64,000 bases of DNA from Epiperipatus broadwayi (GCA_028023455.1 JAQFVV010000003.1:1674001-1738000); one strand, 5' to 3'. Counted from the first letter of the stretch, positions 1 to 14,090 are shown. Program-made: numbers and translations. Notes: generated from the sequence alone by a model not told the origin.

Positions 1-559
1 AAATTTGTTATTTTGAAAACAGGGAATTGAGAAGTATTAAATTATTGTTAATGTTTTAAAATTATGCTTACTTCTTTAATGAAATTATTTATTTTGCTTT
101 CGCAAAATTTCAAATTAAATAACAATTGAAAAAGATAAGTTAAGTTCGCCTCTTTTTTTTCTATGCAAACTCTATTAGTTACAGAAATCATATGACTTGG
201 CCAATATTCTAAAGTTCACCAAGATAAGTTCAAATAAACTGCTACCATTTCCTGCCTCTCAAATCCTCACTGTTATTATTGAAATATTCTGCAATAAGAT
301 TCAATATTATTTAATATACCTTAATTTTAATTAAATTTAAAATTACAATTATTTCTAGATTCAAATTAACTTACAATTTTGCTTTCTTTTTGCAAAAATT
401 TAATATTGTCATAATTATGTTTATTATATTTTGATTCCATATTAGTCTACAATTATTATAAGGCTTTAAAACTTAACATCTTCTTAATCATAAATTGTAT
501 ATTATTTGCTTTATTTGTTTTTATGTCATATATTTTAATATTAAAAATTATTGTCAAAT

Positions 560-2430
560 TCTTGCATATGCATTGTTCACCTCGTTCTATCATTTGCAAT
601 TTTAATGTCCTCTGAAGCTGTTTGCCAAAATTAAATCCAATATCTATTCTGATGAATATTTAGAAATTTGAAGTATTGATTTATTAGTTAACACTTGCTT
701 AAAATATATTTTCAAGATTCTTTTAATATTTGCGGTATGGTATATTTTGCTACTTGTTATAAAATGTTGATATTTGAGATGTATTGTAGATTGTACTTTG
801 GGTTGTTAGTGTGACATCCAATGTGTTGTTTAATTGAAATATTTGCTTGAATGATTGGTTGTTCACAACATCTAGCATTTTTGAAATCTAAACTTGGAAT
901 AAATCTCAAACATCTTTACCCTATTCTCATTTATCATTATTACTCTTATTATTTCATGGCATACAGATATAGGTTTATATACACACATACTCTTTAGCAA
1001 TAAAAACCATAGTTATAATGCTTTTTGATACTATAATAACATATTGGGTTTTTGGAACCATTCCTCTATGACTGGAAACAATTTATTTAATAAAATATTT
1101 AAAGGTACTTTAATTTCAGTGGATGGCAATGCTATTTCACAATAATTACCACAATCTTTATATTCTGATAATTTTTTAAAAATTGAAATAATAAACATAT
1201 TTTTAACATCAGATACATAATTTTGTGAGTCCATATATTCTTGAAAAAATTCAAATAGTTTGAAGATATTGTATTACCTTTATATTTTCAAACTTTTAAG
1301 GATTTCATAAAGTTTCACATACTTTGATATGAATGTTAAAAGACTGTGATATTTATCAAACTGAATATCTGAGACCAAATCTAAATATTTATAGGATCTA
1401 TATAAGATAAATGTCATAATCTGAAATACTTGTTATGATCTGACTGGTCTTTCTATTCAAAATGTCATTACATAAGAAAATTATATAAACTGATTTGATA
1501 TGTCCATGATATTAATTTTAAATCCATGTACTTTTTTAAAAATCTAAAGCAACAACAATCTTCTAATGATTAAGTTTTCATTGTAGTCTTAATTGTCAAT
1601 GATTTGAAAGTTTTTTTTTAATTATTGAATTCTGATCTAGATTGCTTATGAATTTATATTAATCTTACTATTTAAAAAAGTATCTAATTCTATTTTTAAT
1701 CAAGTCATAATAATGCAATCAATGTCAGAGAATCTTTCAAAAATGTTCATTTTAAGGAGGCCAAAGTCAGGCTTACTCATACCCACCATGCAAACATTGG
1801 AAGTCTCAGATCAATTCATTTTGAAAATTTAAAGTGACAGTTTTACTGTTCAAAAATTGTTGAAATCTAATATGAATAATAATTGTTTCTAAAAAATAAA
1901 TTTCTTACTAATATATGTGTGATATCATTATTATTTAAATTTGATGATGTAGTCTATAAATTCTTCTGTAATATTAATTTCCTTTACATTCTCATTCTAT
2001 AACATAATTCATAAAATAACATAATTTTGAGTATGAATGCATCCAGTTTTTTAAAATGATTTTGCTATATAATTAGTGTAATGTTATTGATAATATATAT
2101 TTTTGAAAACAGTAACAATATACAATTCTTTTTCACAGAGCCAATATCATTATTTTCAATAACTTAGAACTGTCACTTTAACTACCAACATGTGCATTCA
2201 ATTTTTCAAAAAGAAAAATTGTCTATTGATATTTATGCACTAGCACTAATCAAACTGTGTAAAAACTTTCTATGGATCATAGACCTGTTAAAGTGAGCAC
2301 AGTTTATACAAACTCGTTTTTAATAAGCTAGTCTTTCATTGAAACATTGTAAAAAACTAGAGTTCCGGTTAAATTTTATTATGAATGCAATGACTTGCTG
2401 TAATCCTTTGTAGGATGGTTTTCACAAAAA
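560..2430 (-). mobile_element. Decayed RTE-type LINE remnant (APE endonuclease then RT N-terminal region)
   Basis: ORF 1031-1234 reads KDCGNYCEIALPSTEIKVPLNILLNKLFPVIEE, matching the RTE RT pattern C.NYRGI.LLST.YK...ILL.RL.P..E. Upstream on minus, the fragments NAHVG and FNERL...QVYDP fit APE motifs. Many stops; boundaries approximate. Confidence 0.6.
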
Positions 2431-3649
2431 AAATAGCTATATTAATTTTTAAATTATGATAACCTTTTAGCTAAAAGCATCATCCAATTATCAGGTTTTG
2501 TAATAAAAAATCTTATCTTTATTTCCATTATTAATTCTTACAGATATAATAATTTCTCTCCTAAGCAATTACTCAGGCCTAATTTTTAATGGATCAATAT
2601 TATGTTTAATTAAGAAATACCCTTAACTATTTATTGATTACTGATTATTTATAGCTGACATTCATAGTGGAAGATCACTCCACTATCTGTTAATATGTGA
2701 ATAGCATTGATTTTTTTAAAAGTTTGATAAAGTAAAAGTAAAAATAAAATAAAACCATCTTTAAATGGCTTATGGCAGGACTAAGGCTTTATACAGGATG
2801 TTGTAAAGAAAAAAAATATGCACTAGGTTTACCAATTTTTAGGTGGTGGGTGGAATTTGAACAGCTTTTCCACTTATTTTATTCTCTAGATAAGAATGGA
2901 TAGATATCCTTTTATCACACAATAATTAGGTGATCTGCTCTGTTTGTTATGAGATAGCTATCTGGAAGAACAATATTAAGGCTGATTAAAACACAAAATC
3001 AAAAGTTGATTTGCTGCTGCTGAACCATAACCCCCCAACAAATCAAATTATAGTTATACCGAGTCTACTTTACAAATTCCAGAACAATTAAACTAAATAT
3101 GCTCATGAATTATCAAATGTCTTATTAAAAGTTTAATACATTTTTATTATACTTTGTAATATTTCTTCTCCAATTAAAGTTATATTATTTTACTATAATT
3201 TTGGTTCTAAAGCAATTATTTGAGTTAATAATTTATTGTTGTGGTACAGTGGAACACAATTACAAAAATTTGTGGCACCAATAAGCTTAAGCAAATAAAA
3301 TTAGATATTGCTAAACCTTTGATAAATAAAAGCAATTTAAAGAAATATATGTTATTTGCTAAACAGATATTATATTAACCAATAACTATATAAATCCAGG
3401 ATGTAAAAATCTTTTACTTATGCAAACATGAAAAAATAAAATCAAGAAAAGAAAAGTAGCACTTTTTATTTTGATACAAAATATATTATTCAAAAAATCA
3501 AGAACTATCCCCATGCCTCATAATGTCAAAAGTAACTGATAGAATCACATGGTTAGTTTGCCATAAAATAAATCACAGAATCTTCAAATAGAAATGGAAA
3601 ACTAATTGAAGTCTAATAGCTATCTTTTCTAAATAATTTCAAATAATCT

Positions 3650-4340
3650 CTTAACAATAGATAGAATATCATTGTTAGCAGGCATAGTGATTATTGCTTA
3701 TGCTTTGGCTATCATTAAGAGTATCTTAAACATTTTTAGCAGAAGAATGACCTCATCATTCATTGTAGCTAACTATCATTAATAACAGCTTGGTTATTCT
3801 TTATAGTAATTTGACTATCATCATTAGCAAACTTGTATCATTAATAATATTTTAACAATTTTCTGAAAATTTTCAACAATTATTAAGGATTTACAGTTGC
3901 AATATGCTGATGGCTTGATCACCACTAGCATTATCCTAATTTTAATAAGTAACATACTGTTTGTATTTAGCAATAGCTTTCCCACCATTATTGGAAGCTT
4001 CGACCTCACTAGTTGTTGTTTACTAATCATCAGTAGTAGCTCAAACATTATTAGTGGAAAAGTGACCATAACTTGTAAATAGCTTGACCATCTTAAGACA
4101 CAGTTTAAACATCAGCAGCAATAATCTGACTGCTTTTATTGCAGCTTGACCATTATTAGTGATAGTTCATGATTTAGTAATAGCTCTATCATTTTAGACA
4201 TGGCTATCTTAACTTTATTAATAGTAACTTGACCATCATCAGCAACATTTTAAATCAATTCTGCCAATAGCTTGACCATTATTATACACACTGACAATTA
4301 TTTGTAACACTACACTATAATTTAACAATAATTTATTCAT
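3650..4340. repeat. Degenerate minisatellite, about 21-bp unit (consensus near AATAGCTTGACCATCATTAGC)
   Basis: The (A/G)CTTGACCAT core recurs at about 4081, 4143, 4227 and 4269, with spacings 62, 84 and 42 that are near multiples of 21. Weaker copies run through the interval. Confidence 0.7.
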
Positions 4341-5493
4341 CATTAGTAAGAACTTTATTAAAAATTTATTTGAGCAAATTTTATTGAAAAGAAGTTATGG
4401 GCCAATTGCCCTTCTGTTACAGAGTGCACATATCATTTTATATTGAAAAGAAATAAAATTTATTAAACCTATCAAAATAAGAGGATTTGATTTTCAATTT
4501 TACTCGTGACATTTTACAGCAAATTTTAAAAATATATTAGATTTTTGATAAGATTCCAATGAATAAACTTAGATTTTCACTTCTTTAAAATGTACTCTAG
4601 ACAAATATGTTCAACTCTTAAAAACTTGTGAAAAAAATATTCTAAAACTTCGGATGGGAAAAAAATATTTTCCAGTTTCAGATTTCAATATTATATAAAT
4701 ATCTTGAAGCTAAAGATCTGTATTAAAAAATAAGAGAAAGAAATTTTAAGATAAATGTAAAAGTTGAATTCTTTAATTTGTAAGTTTAAAAAATATATAA
4801 TAAAAACAGTAAATCTAATTTATGTACGTATACTTTATATAAGACTTCCAATTACATTAAAATGCCATAAATATATTTATGAAATACAAAGTTAAAAACG
4901 TAATAGAATTTCCATGGTCTAATAAAAAGTTAAGTTTAAAGTATATTGGGTTTTTTGTCCCTCCAAAATTAAAGATATTAAGACAACAGAGTATTATAAT
5001 CAAAGCAATAACAGTTGATTTTTATATTTTTTTATTCTATAACATAATAGTTGAAGTAACTTGATTGACATTGGCAGTATAAATAACCATAGTAGAAAAT
5101 TAATTAAAAAGTGTAATTCATAGAAGATTTTTCTTATTATAGATAAGAGAATAAATATACATATTTTGGCAATGAGCTTATGAAAACCAGTAAGATAATT
5201 TTAACAACTACATAAAATATCACTACCTTTGCAAATACCATCCTGATATTTTGATTTGGCACATAGCATCATTTTATACAAATGACCAAGTTAAAGTCTT
5301 ATTCTAGTCTTACTATAAAAATATTTAACTCATTAATATAATTATAATTTTAGAAAAATTGCTGGTACAAAAAATAATTTGATAATAATCAGAGAGATAT
5401 ATGAACCATACCTTAAAAAACAAATACAACAGAGATTTTCTGAATAAATTCATTCATCTGGTTACCAGGGATTGATGATATCCCAATGATGTT

Positions 5494-5660
<167 letters not shown>

Positions 5661-6099
5661 AGAAATCAGTAACCAGTCTTCAGACATCACTCCTATCCAT
5701 CTACCTCCACTGACATATAGCTCACATGCTGAATACCAGCCATTGACATATTTAGAATTGGAAACACCTCCCAGCCACATTATCAATGAAAGTCATAATA
5801 ACAACTTTTAATTTGCACAGAAAGAAATTACACTACCAGCAGTATAATTGTAAATGTCTTTACCATATAATATTTTCTTTCACAGTACATTCATTTGTAG
5901 TTATAATAAAATGTATTATTATGAATAATTAAAGTATAAGATATTACATAGTAGTCGGATTCTGAATTGCAAACTATGTCAATACCAAAGTTTGAAAAAA
6001 ATTCAAGAAAAACTCTCTTTATAAATTGTGCTAATTTTGGCATTATTAACTACTAATCAGAATTTGAATTTTATTTATATTAAGATTTGACTAGATTTA

Positions 6100-6330
6100 T
6101 TTCAGAATGTGAAAGATTGAATACATATAATTATTAAAGGTGTTAAATTAGATTTCTCAGCAATCAGCCCTGTGAGTCATATATTGCCATTTGAAATTTG
6201 TCTGTTATTTAATATCTATAAAGAACAAATAGGGGGTAATTAAATTTACACATCCATATTTGTAATTTCAGATTTTTCTTCACCATTAACAACTATGTAA
6301 GATTTAATACCCTTGACGTATATAGTGAAA
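6100..6330 (-). mobile_element. Short decayed LINE RT fragment
   Basis: Minus strand gives V.VNGE.S and LIAE..L-like pieces around the RT core; heavily frameshifted. Confidence 0.35.
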
Positions 6331-6339
6331 TTAAATTCT

Positions 6340-6720
6340 TAAAAAAATTGCAATAATAGTTCTTAAGGCTAAGCGCTTTCAGAGCTTTCATCTCCATATT
6401 CATAGCCTTCAAACATGATAATTTATGCAAATCTATGCAAGCTCATTTATATTGTCCATCTCTTTGAAATAGAAAAGCATGTATTCTTTCTGTTTATTGC
6501 CTTCATATCTTTTGCTATATACCATGCCTCCTTAATCTTCCTTTTGATGTCACCCCTCATCAAGCATATTAAATCTTACATTCATAATTGGTAATATATT
6601 AATTATGTTGTTGGCTATTATATATTTGTAAATATGTATTCATTATAGACATTTATTACTCTTCATGGTGTCCTCATTTTTATTAACTTCACTGACAAAA
6701 AGATAAATTCTAGAGCTCAA
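6340..6720 (-). mobile_element. Penelope-like element 3' fragment (GIY-YIG C-terminus plus decayed hammerhead)
   Basis: 6484-6545 on minus translates KRKIKEAWYIAKDMKAINRK, typical of the PLE GIY-YIG tail. A hammerhead-shaped motif follows at 6367-6407. Confidence 0.7.
6367..6407 (-). ncRNA. Decayed minimal type I hammerhead ribozyme
   Basis: Minus reads GGCT-ATGAATA-T-GGAG(atgaaag)CTCT-GAAA-GCGC-TT-AGCC: stem I GGCT/AGCC, stem II, GAAA and palindromic stem III. The CUGANGA box has two substitutions. Confidence 0.55.
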
Positions 6721-7277
6721 GATTCATGTATTCCAGCTTCCAGTGATTGACCCTCATCCAATAGACCTATAATCAGGATGGTATATAATTCTCATCATAA
6801 AATGGAATACAATTAATTGTATATATTTATAATAGGAATTCAGTATGAATTCTCTATGCATTCTTGAAATAATTTTCCAGCTACAATGCAGTGAAACAAT
6901 ATACCAATTAACATCAAGCATTGCATACTGAAATTATACCATGTAGTATATGTATTTGTCTGAAATACTTTAAATTAAAAGTGAATCCATCTTTAACTTG
7001 TTAGTTAGTCTTTTATTAGATATAAGTGTGAATATTGATAGAATAACAATTTTGTAAATATTCTCATAACTAAATAAAAATTTTCCAAAAGAAGCATAAT
7101 TTTTGCATAAAAGATTTTCACAATTTTATAAATTTAAATGATAGAAATTTTAAGAGTAAACATTTTTTATTGAAGATAATTCATATAATATTGCAATCAT
7201 CATTTAGATAGATTATTTGAATATATGCAACAATTATAAATTTTCCAATACATATTTAACTTGCCCTCCTCTTGCAG

Positions 7278-7359
7278 ATTTCGAAACCTTTCTGTAGTTG
7301 GAAGATATATTTATTCTAATGGATATATAAATGAAGATCAAGAAGGTTGTAGATTTTTA
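7278..7359 (+). CDS. Candidate isolated coding exon (FRNLSVVGRYIYSNGYINEDQEGCRFL), product unknown
   Basis: Pyrimidine-rich acceptor CCCTCCTCTTGCAG, donor GTAAGA at 7360, 82 nt open in one frame. No partner exons identified. Confidence 0.4.
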
Positions 7360-10019
7360 GTAAGAATGGAATTGTTTTCTGATTCTAAGCAAGAAGAAAC
7401 ATTCCATACAGGCAGCTAAGAAACAAAATTATTATCTGTTGAATTGCTATTATTGGATTATTTCATCTCTTCCAACATAAACCAAGTCTGATTACTCTGG
7501 GAATCCATATTATTATAATTGAAAATTATTCTGAACTGTATATGGAATTTAAGAATAGCTGACTGAAGATGACAGCTTGCACATTTTGAATTATTAACAG
7601 AAAATTTTCCCAATTCCCTATTGCTATGATAGGTTTAACAAATTCGTAAAAACAGTTACCAAAGAATAATATCTCTCAATTATATTGCTTTCAATTTATT
7701 CCATATTGAAATAAAATCAGCTGTGCTCTTTATAACCAATTTTTGTTTAACTAAAGATCTGGAAAATTTTAATAAACTTATGAAATCTTCTAGATTATGC
7801 TAAAAAAGAGAACTAGAAAGATACCATGAAGAAGCTAAACTTTACAAGATCTAGTCCCAACACCTGATTTTTTTGATTGTAAAATTAGTTTTAAAATAAC
7901 TCTTACAATCACTGATAATAAGACTGCCAATCTTTGAAAAAAATGTTATCTTCTTTTTTACAATATTTCCTAATATAAGTAGATGTTTGTAAGCTTGAAC
8001 TTTGTTGTTTGTTTTCAACTAAGAAAAGCTCCAGGAAAATTTACCTTCTTACAGAGTTTTTAATAATTTAGAATCTAAAGCCAAAGCATGATTGAAAAAA
8101 CTATTCAGTAATATTATTCATATAGAAACTTTTCTAAAAACTTGGTATAAAACAAAACTGCAGCAATTATTTTTTTTAAAAATTTATTAACAATATTTTT
8201 TTCAATAGTTGAAAAAAAAAATTCAAATGTTGAGGGCCATCTATAGAATGGACTGATTCAGGACAGAAAGAAGCTGCTGTGAACAAGTTTTAACTTTTAA
8301 GAACTTATTTTAGAAAAAGATTCCAAAGTAAATTAAAAGGCAGTTCTGATACATTTATTAAAAAAAGTTTTAAAATAAGTTTAAAAAAAAAAATGGTGTT
8401 ATGTTTATTGATTTAATGTCAGTTTATAATTCTGTTTGGAAAAGGGATCTTCTAAAAATTCCTAAATTCCTTAAATATTGGTAAGATAAAAATTTATTTG
8501 ACAAAATTCTTCTAATAATAAAAGCAAGAGTTACTAAGTAATAATCATAGTAGATACAAAAAAAATGTAAAGAATAATGTACCACAGAGTTCAGTTTATT
8601 CACCAACTTCATTTAATATATGATATTGTTTGGATTAAAAAAAGAACATTTCTTGAAATAAAAATCTCTCAATAATATGAAAAATTAATAAATTAATAAT
8701 TGTGGTTTTGATCATGATTCAACAAAGTTTATATACTCAGTTTTTAATCTAAATAGCAGAAAAACATCTCATAATCCGAATATATGATAGACTAAAATCC
8801 AATCGTACCTTAGATTGCTTTAACTTATTTTTTTTATTTATCTAACATTAATTCAAAATTAATTTCCAACAATAACATTGTTGTAAATCTAAATGGTTTT
8901 ATTTGTGATTGCAATGTAAGCTTCCTTAACACTGGCATATTTTTCTGGTGGATTTTATGCACCTGTCTGCTGAAAAAGTTTTCACTCTAAACTTTTGCAT
9001 ACTCATTTAAATATTGTCTTAAGCAGTACTATTAGCACCCTCAAATCAAATCGTTTGCAATGGCTTCCTGTTTTTTTCACACACATCTCTAATAAATATC
9101 ACAAAAGCAATTGCCTAACAAAAATTTAATATGATCAAAGTTGCCAAATTTAATATATAGTTTTATCACCTAAGAGATTTCTCAAATCTAAATACACTTT
9201 TTCAATATTTAATCAAGGATAGACAATTAAAGAATTACTGTCGCATATTTCTGTTAAACACCATATATTATACTGACTCACTATTATTCATAATTTTGGA
9301 TAGTCAAGAAAACATTTGCAACCAATTGTAAAAATAATTTATGGCTTAGCATTAGTATATGCAGAAAATAATTTTCATCAGTAGATACATCACATTATAG
9401 AATAGTATGAAAGATATATTGCATTATAGAATAGTATGGAATGTGATGTCATTTATTCAATAAATAAAATTTAACTTCTGTACATTCAGCTAATACTCTC
9501 TTACTGACAAATATTAGGTAGATAGTTAAATTGATTATGGCTGATTGATTAACTAATAAAAATCTTAAATCTGGTTGGAAAATTCAAAACATTGTGAAGC
9601 TCCACTAATATTTGAACCCTATGTTTTGAACACAAAAAAAGAAAGTAGACTGATTACTATATATGTAAACTTTTTCAAAATTTTATTTTGTGTCATCCAG
9701 AAAATAAACCTAGAAGAATGGATTGTTCTACCACTAATTCTTTAGAAACCTATTAATTGGCATTGAATCTAAAAACTTATATATCAATATTAAGATTGCC
9801 ATTAAAGTTGCAGTCAGTAAAAGGCTGAATTAAATTATTTTCAGTACGTTTTAGTGAATATCTGTGCCAGTATTAAAGTCTCAACTTTTTTGATATATAT
9901 ATATATATATGCTGTATGCATAAATAATGAATATAGCATATATATATAAAGTCTCAACTTTTTTGATATATATATATATATATGCTGTATGCATAAATAA
10001 TGAAGCTAATATATATCCA

Positions 10020-10200
10020 AAAATGGTATATTATCTGAGTGCTTTTGAGAGACTTCTTGTACCAGAATTGTATTAATTCCAATTCATGAGGGATGGCAGG
10101 GGTGTATTACCAATTTATTAAGAACATAATGTGGCAATATTATATGATGAGGTTTTTCAATTTTTGAGATGTCATATTAATTATTTGATACCCATAATCA
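10020..10200 (+). mobile_element. Gypsy integrase zinc-finger fragment
   Basis: Fragments NGIL...RLLVP and IHEGWQG resemble the L..G....RL.VP..IL..IHEGH.G pattern; frameshifted. Confidence 0.4.
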
Positions 10201-10942
10201 AAATGTACTTTTATGAAATAGTCTCTATATTTATGATGAAGAAAATTACACAATAGTTAATAAACTCTATAATGAATGAACTTTAATTTTTGTTATTAGA
10301 AGTGTGAACCGTTAGACGGTTTTCATTTTATTGTTATTTAAGTGGATGTTCTTGACATCCATTTTATGGGTAAGAGATTCTAATTCCCTGGCTGCAAAAA
10401 TATATTTGTGAGATCTGGTTATACACAACTTAAATTTGTTTAGTGAATTTTAAAAGGTGACTAGAAGACTTGGCAAACAAAAAAAGGTAATCAAAATTCA
10501 ACGTAAGACAATATTCCACGTATTTCAGCATCTAATTGATCTATCATTTTTTGGAATATTATTTAACATCTTAAAAAACAATGAGTTTGTTTTAAATAAA
10601 TCTTTGAAGGTAATTGTTGCCAGAGTTTGAATTATGATATATTTCTTTCAGTTAGTATATATAGACTCTGATAGATAAAGAGGGGTAATTGCAAATTATC
10701 TTCACAAATTCTGATTTCCTCTTTGATTTTCATGATGTGAACTAGTGGAATTACTTTTTGAAAAAAAAAAAAATCTAGTTATAATTAACTAAAGACTTAA
10801 ACAACTATATTACTATTATTTTATTATTAGCAAATCTCCTATACTGTCTAAACACATTTACAAAACCAACAGTATCTTTTTTTTTTCATGTTCCGTTTAA
10901 GTCTTTACTTTATATATATATAACGTGAAATTATGACAAAAA

Positions 10943-10991
10943 GACCCGGGTTCGCTTCCCGGGCAACGCATTTGATATATGGAAAAAAAAA
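10943..10991 (+). mobile_element. 5'-truncated tRNA-Gly(TCC)-derived SINE or tRNA 3' half with A-tail
   Basis: GACCCGGGTTCGCTTCCCGGGCAACGCA matches the 3' 28 nt of metazoan tRNA-Gly-TCC (as recalled) at 26/28. It is followed by TTTGATATATGG and an A run like the SINE tail. No 5' half. Confidence 0.65.
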
Positions 10992-13900
10992 GAAAAGATA
11001 ATTTTTCAAAACATCAAGAGAGATAATTCAAATCCAGACCTGACCTGGCTATTTAAGATATTAAGTCACTTGTGTAGTCTTTTAAAAATGTAAATAATTT
11101 AAGCTTCAGATATATTATTTCTCTAAAAATTATTAGTTAAACATATTTATACAGTATATTTATACAGATTAATTATTTATATGCCAAACACAAATTCATT
11201 CTTCATCTTGTTCGTTTCTTAAACTAAACACGAATGTTTTTTTTTTTTTTTACATAAAAAAAAAAAAAAAACAGATCAGTTGACGAGAATATCATTTAGG
11301 CTCAGTATGACTGTTCCATTCAATTGACCAAACTAAGTTTTTTATTTCTAGGAACCATTGGCATTTGATTTTCACTTTTATTATTGACTAAAGTATAAAC
11401 TATAAAGGGCAAAATATATTCTTTACCGAGTTGTCTTTTTTCATTAAATACAGTTTAAACACTTTTACATGTGTTTTATAGTTTTTTATAATAAATTTTT
11501 AACCTATTTTTTTTCAATTTCCTTATTAAATATGCAGCCGTCTCAACGAATGTCTTCCTTTTTTGTGAACGACGTCTCAATAATTTATTTTATGATCCAA
11601 GCTTACATTTTAAATAAAGCTTCTTTTTTGATTCGACATTTAACAAACTATAAAATAATCTTCTTTCTATTGAGATATTAGTATCTTTATATATATACAA
11701 TGAATTAGGTTGAAAAAAAAAAACAATAAGATTGTACTATTAAGGCTATGTATAATCACTATTAATAAAGACAGCATTTTATATATTTTGACAGATATTA
11801 TTACTGCATAGTGGAAAAACTGTTTAATTAGCACCAATTATCAAGATATTGACAATATAACAAAAGACTGAAAACAACCAATCAACTCATTTTTTATCTT
11901 TCTCCAAGGCCTCATAAAGATTTCAGTCTGTCTACACTTAAAGAATTATTACTTTAAGCTTTTAACTTACTTCTCTAAAAGATTTCTTTAGTTAAAACTT
12001 TGAGGAATTTTTTATTTCTCACTTCAATTTTTATTTATATAATTGCTTTAAATGCTGAAAGGTAAATAGAAAATTTACTAAAAAAATCCTATTATTTTGA
12101 AGATGAAGAAGAAATTCATGGCACGATTGAAATGGTCGTAGATTTAATTTTATTTGTACTACAGTATAACCATTTTTTTTAGTTAAAAAAAAACTATTTA
12201 TTTATTAAATTAAAGGGGGAGAGAATGTTGCGATAAAGAAATTTTAACTCGTTTTAATTTTTTTAAAACTAATAACTGCTAATATGATGTTTCATAAAGC
12301 CTATTTAAAAAAAAGACGATAAATAGTAAAATAGAAAAACTTCAAAAAATTTAAGATATAGTTAGTGTCTCACAATAATGGCAGGCATTCAAACTTTTTT
12401 TTAAATAGCGCTGATCACTTGACATATGCATACCAACACTATTAAGCACTAATCTGTTTTAACATTGATATCAGCATATCAAAGAAATCATTAAAAAAAA
12501 AAAAACTTATTACATATATGCAATACTATGTTTAATATTTTTTATTATTATAGTTCTTTTGACCCAACTATTAAATTGCATATTCAACTAGTGCTTGTAA
12601 AAAGAAAAGTCATATTTAACTTTAAATAATAAATTAGAAACAATTAAACTAAGTGATCAATTTTCCATTAGCTCAGTCAGTAATAATGTGATGCTGATAA
12701 TAACATGGTCATGAACTGGCAACATTCATTTGGGCTGCAAAAAGATGTTGTTTTTAGCTAAAAAGATACCTTTTGATTCCTATTTGAAACCCAAAAGACA
12801 TAGGCAAAGTGAATTCTTAATGACCATTTCATATACTTTTGTCATTGCAGATATTATTACTATGTGATTATTCATATAAAAATGAATATGGATGGATTGC
12901 TTATCAATATGAATCAGACAGTGTGATGAATTCTCTAATTGTTTACCTCTAAATTTAAAATCAAAAAACATCATGATCTTTCTTCTAATTTGCATTTTTG
13001 AGAACAGGATTAATGTGTGTGTAGAAAAACTTTTTTGTATAAGTATTTACATTTATTACAGGCAAAACTGAATTGTGGTCCCTATTTCAAGGACTCTTTA
13101 AAGTCACCACTTAAAATAGTTATCAACTGAAACTAAGAATGGTAAGAATCTTTTGATTACTGAACCAGGAAGTCATTGAATGATGATTTTTTATTTGGAA
13201 ATTTACCTGCAGATCACTTTCAAGTGAATAAAGATTGTGTGATTTGGACAAAAAAAATGTCAAATATTTTTAATGAAATGTTACTGGATATTGTGAAGTT
13301 AGAAGAAAAAATGAGGAAACAATTAATTTTAAAAATGGACATGTACTTGAATGCAAAGAACCAAATATTGGAAACACCAGTGGAATGGGTTTTATGATAA
13401 ATAAAACATTATGGGGATTGATAATATCTCAAATAGAGTGACAAAATTAGTTATTCATATTAATGAAATATATTAGATGCAGATAGCTGCTACATACTGG
13501 CTGGTTTCTATGTTAAATAAAGATGTATATGAATGTGTTTAGAATTGGTTAATATGAACAAAATTGTTGTCACTCTAGATATAACGTAATACAAAATTAT
13601 ATAGAACTATTCAAAATGCAAGTTAATATAGAAATTCAAATTTGCATAAGAACAATAATGAAGTAGTAAGCTATAAAAAGTTAGTGATATAACTTTAGTG
13701 TGTGGGGAAACAAAGAGTAGAATCTTACTAAATCCAATATTGATGAATTGCAAATGCAGATGAACATTAGTGGAAAATAACTTAAAAAAGTTATTATATT
13801 TGAAATGAAAGACATTAATAAAGAATTGTAATCGAGTCTAACTCTACACAAAACTTATGGAGGTCAATCAGCAAACCACTAGTTGAACATAAAAACTCAC

Positions 13901-14089
13901 TATTAATTCAAATTTATATTATGAGGTATAAATTTGTCAAGTTATTAAAATTTTTGTGTGTTATTTTCTAAAAATAACTAATAAGTGTATGATTGCTAGA
14001 TTAAAGTCTTATCTTCTACATATCGATTGCCACAGTCAATAGTTTTTTTAAACCTGCACTCACCAAAAGCTACACATATTAGCTATTAA

Positions 14090-14090
<1 letters not shown>

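Noticed and set aside
1031-1234. Crypton/Ndc10-like reading of KLFPVIEEW
   Set aside because: The preceding DCGNY.EIAL.ST..KV..NILLN fits RTE RT much better, and APE motifs lie upstream.
12066-12182. Short open frame IENLLKKSYYFEDEEEIHGTIEMVVDLILFVLQ
   Set aside because: Under 40 codons, ambiguous splice sites and no family assignment.
13062-13141. Exon-like segment with TTACAG acceptor and GTAAGA donor
   Set aside because: Stops in all three frames and it adjoins LINE 5' sequence; at most a UTR exon.
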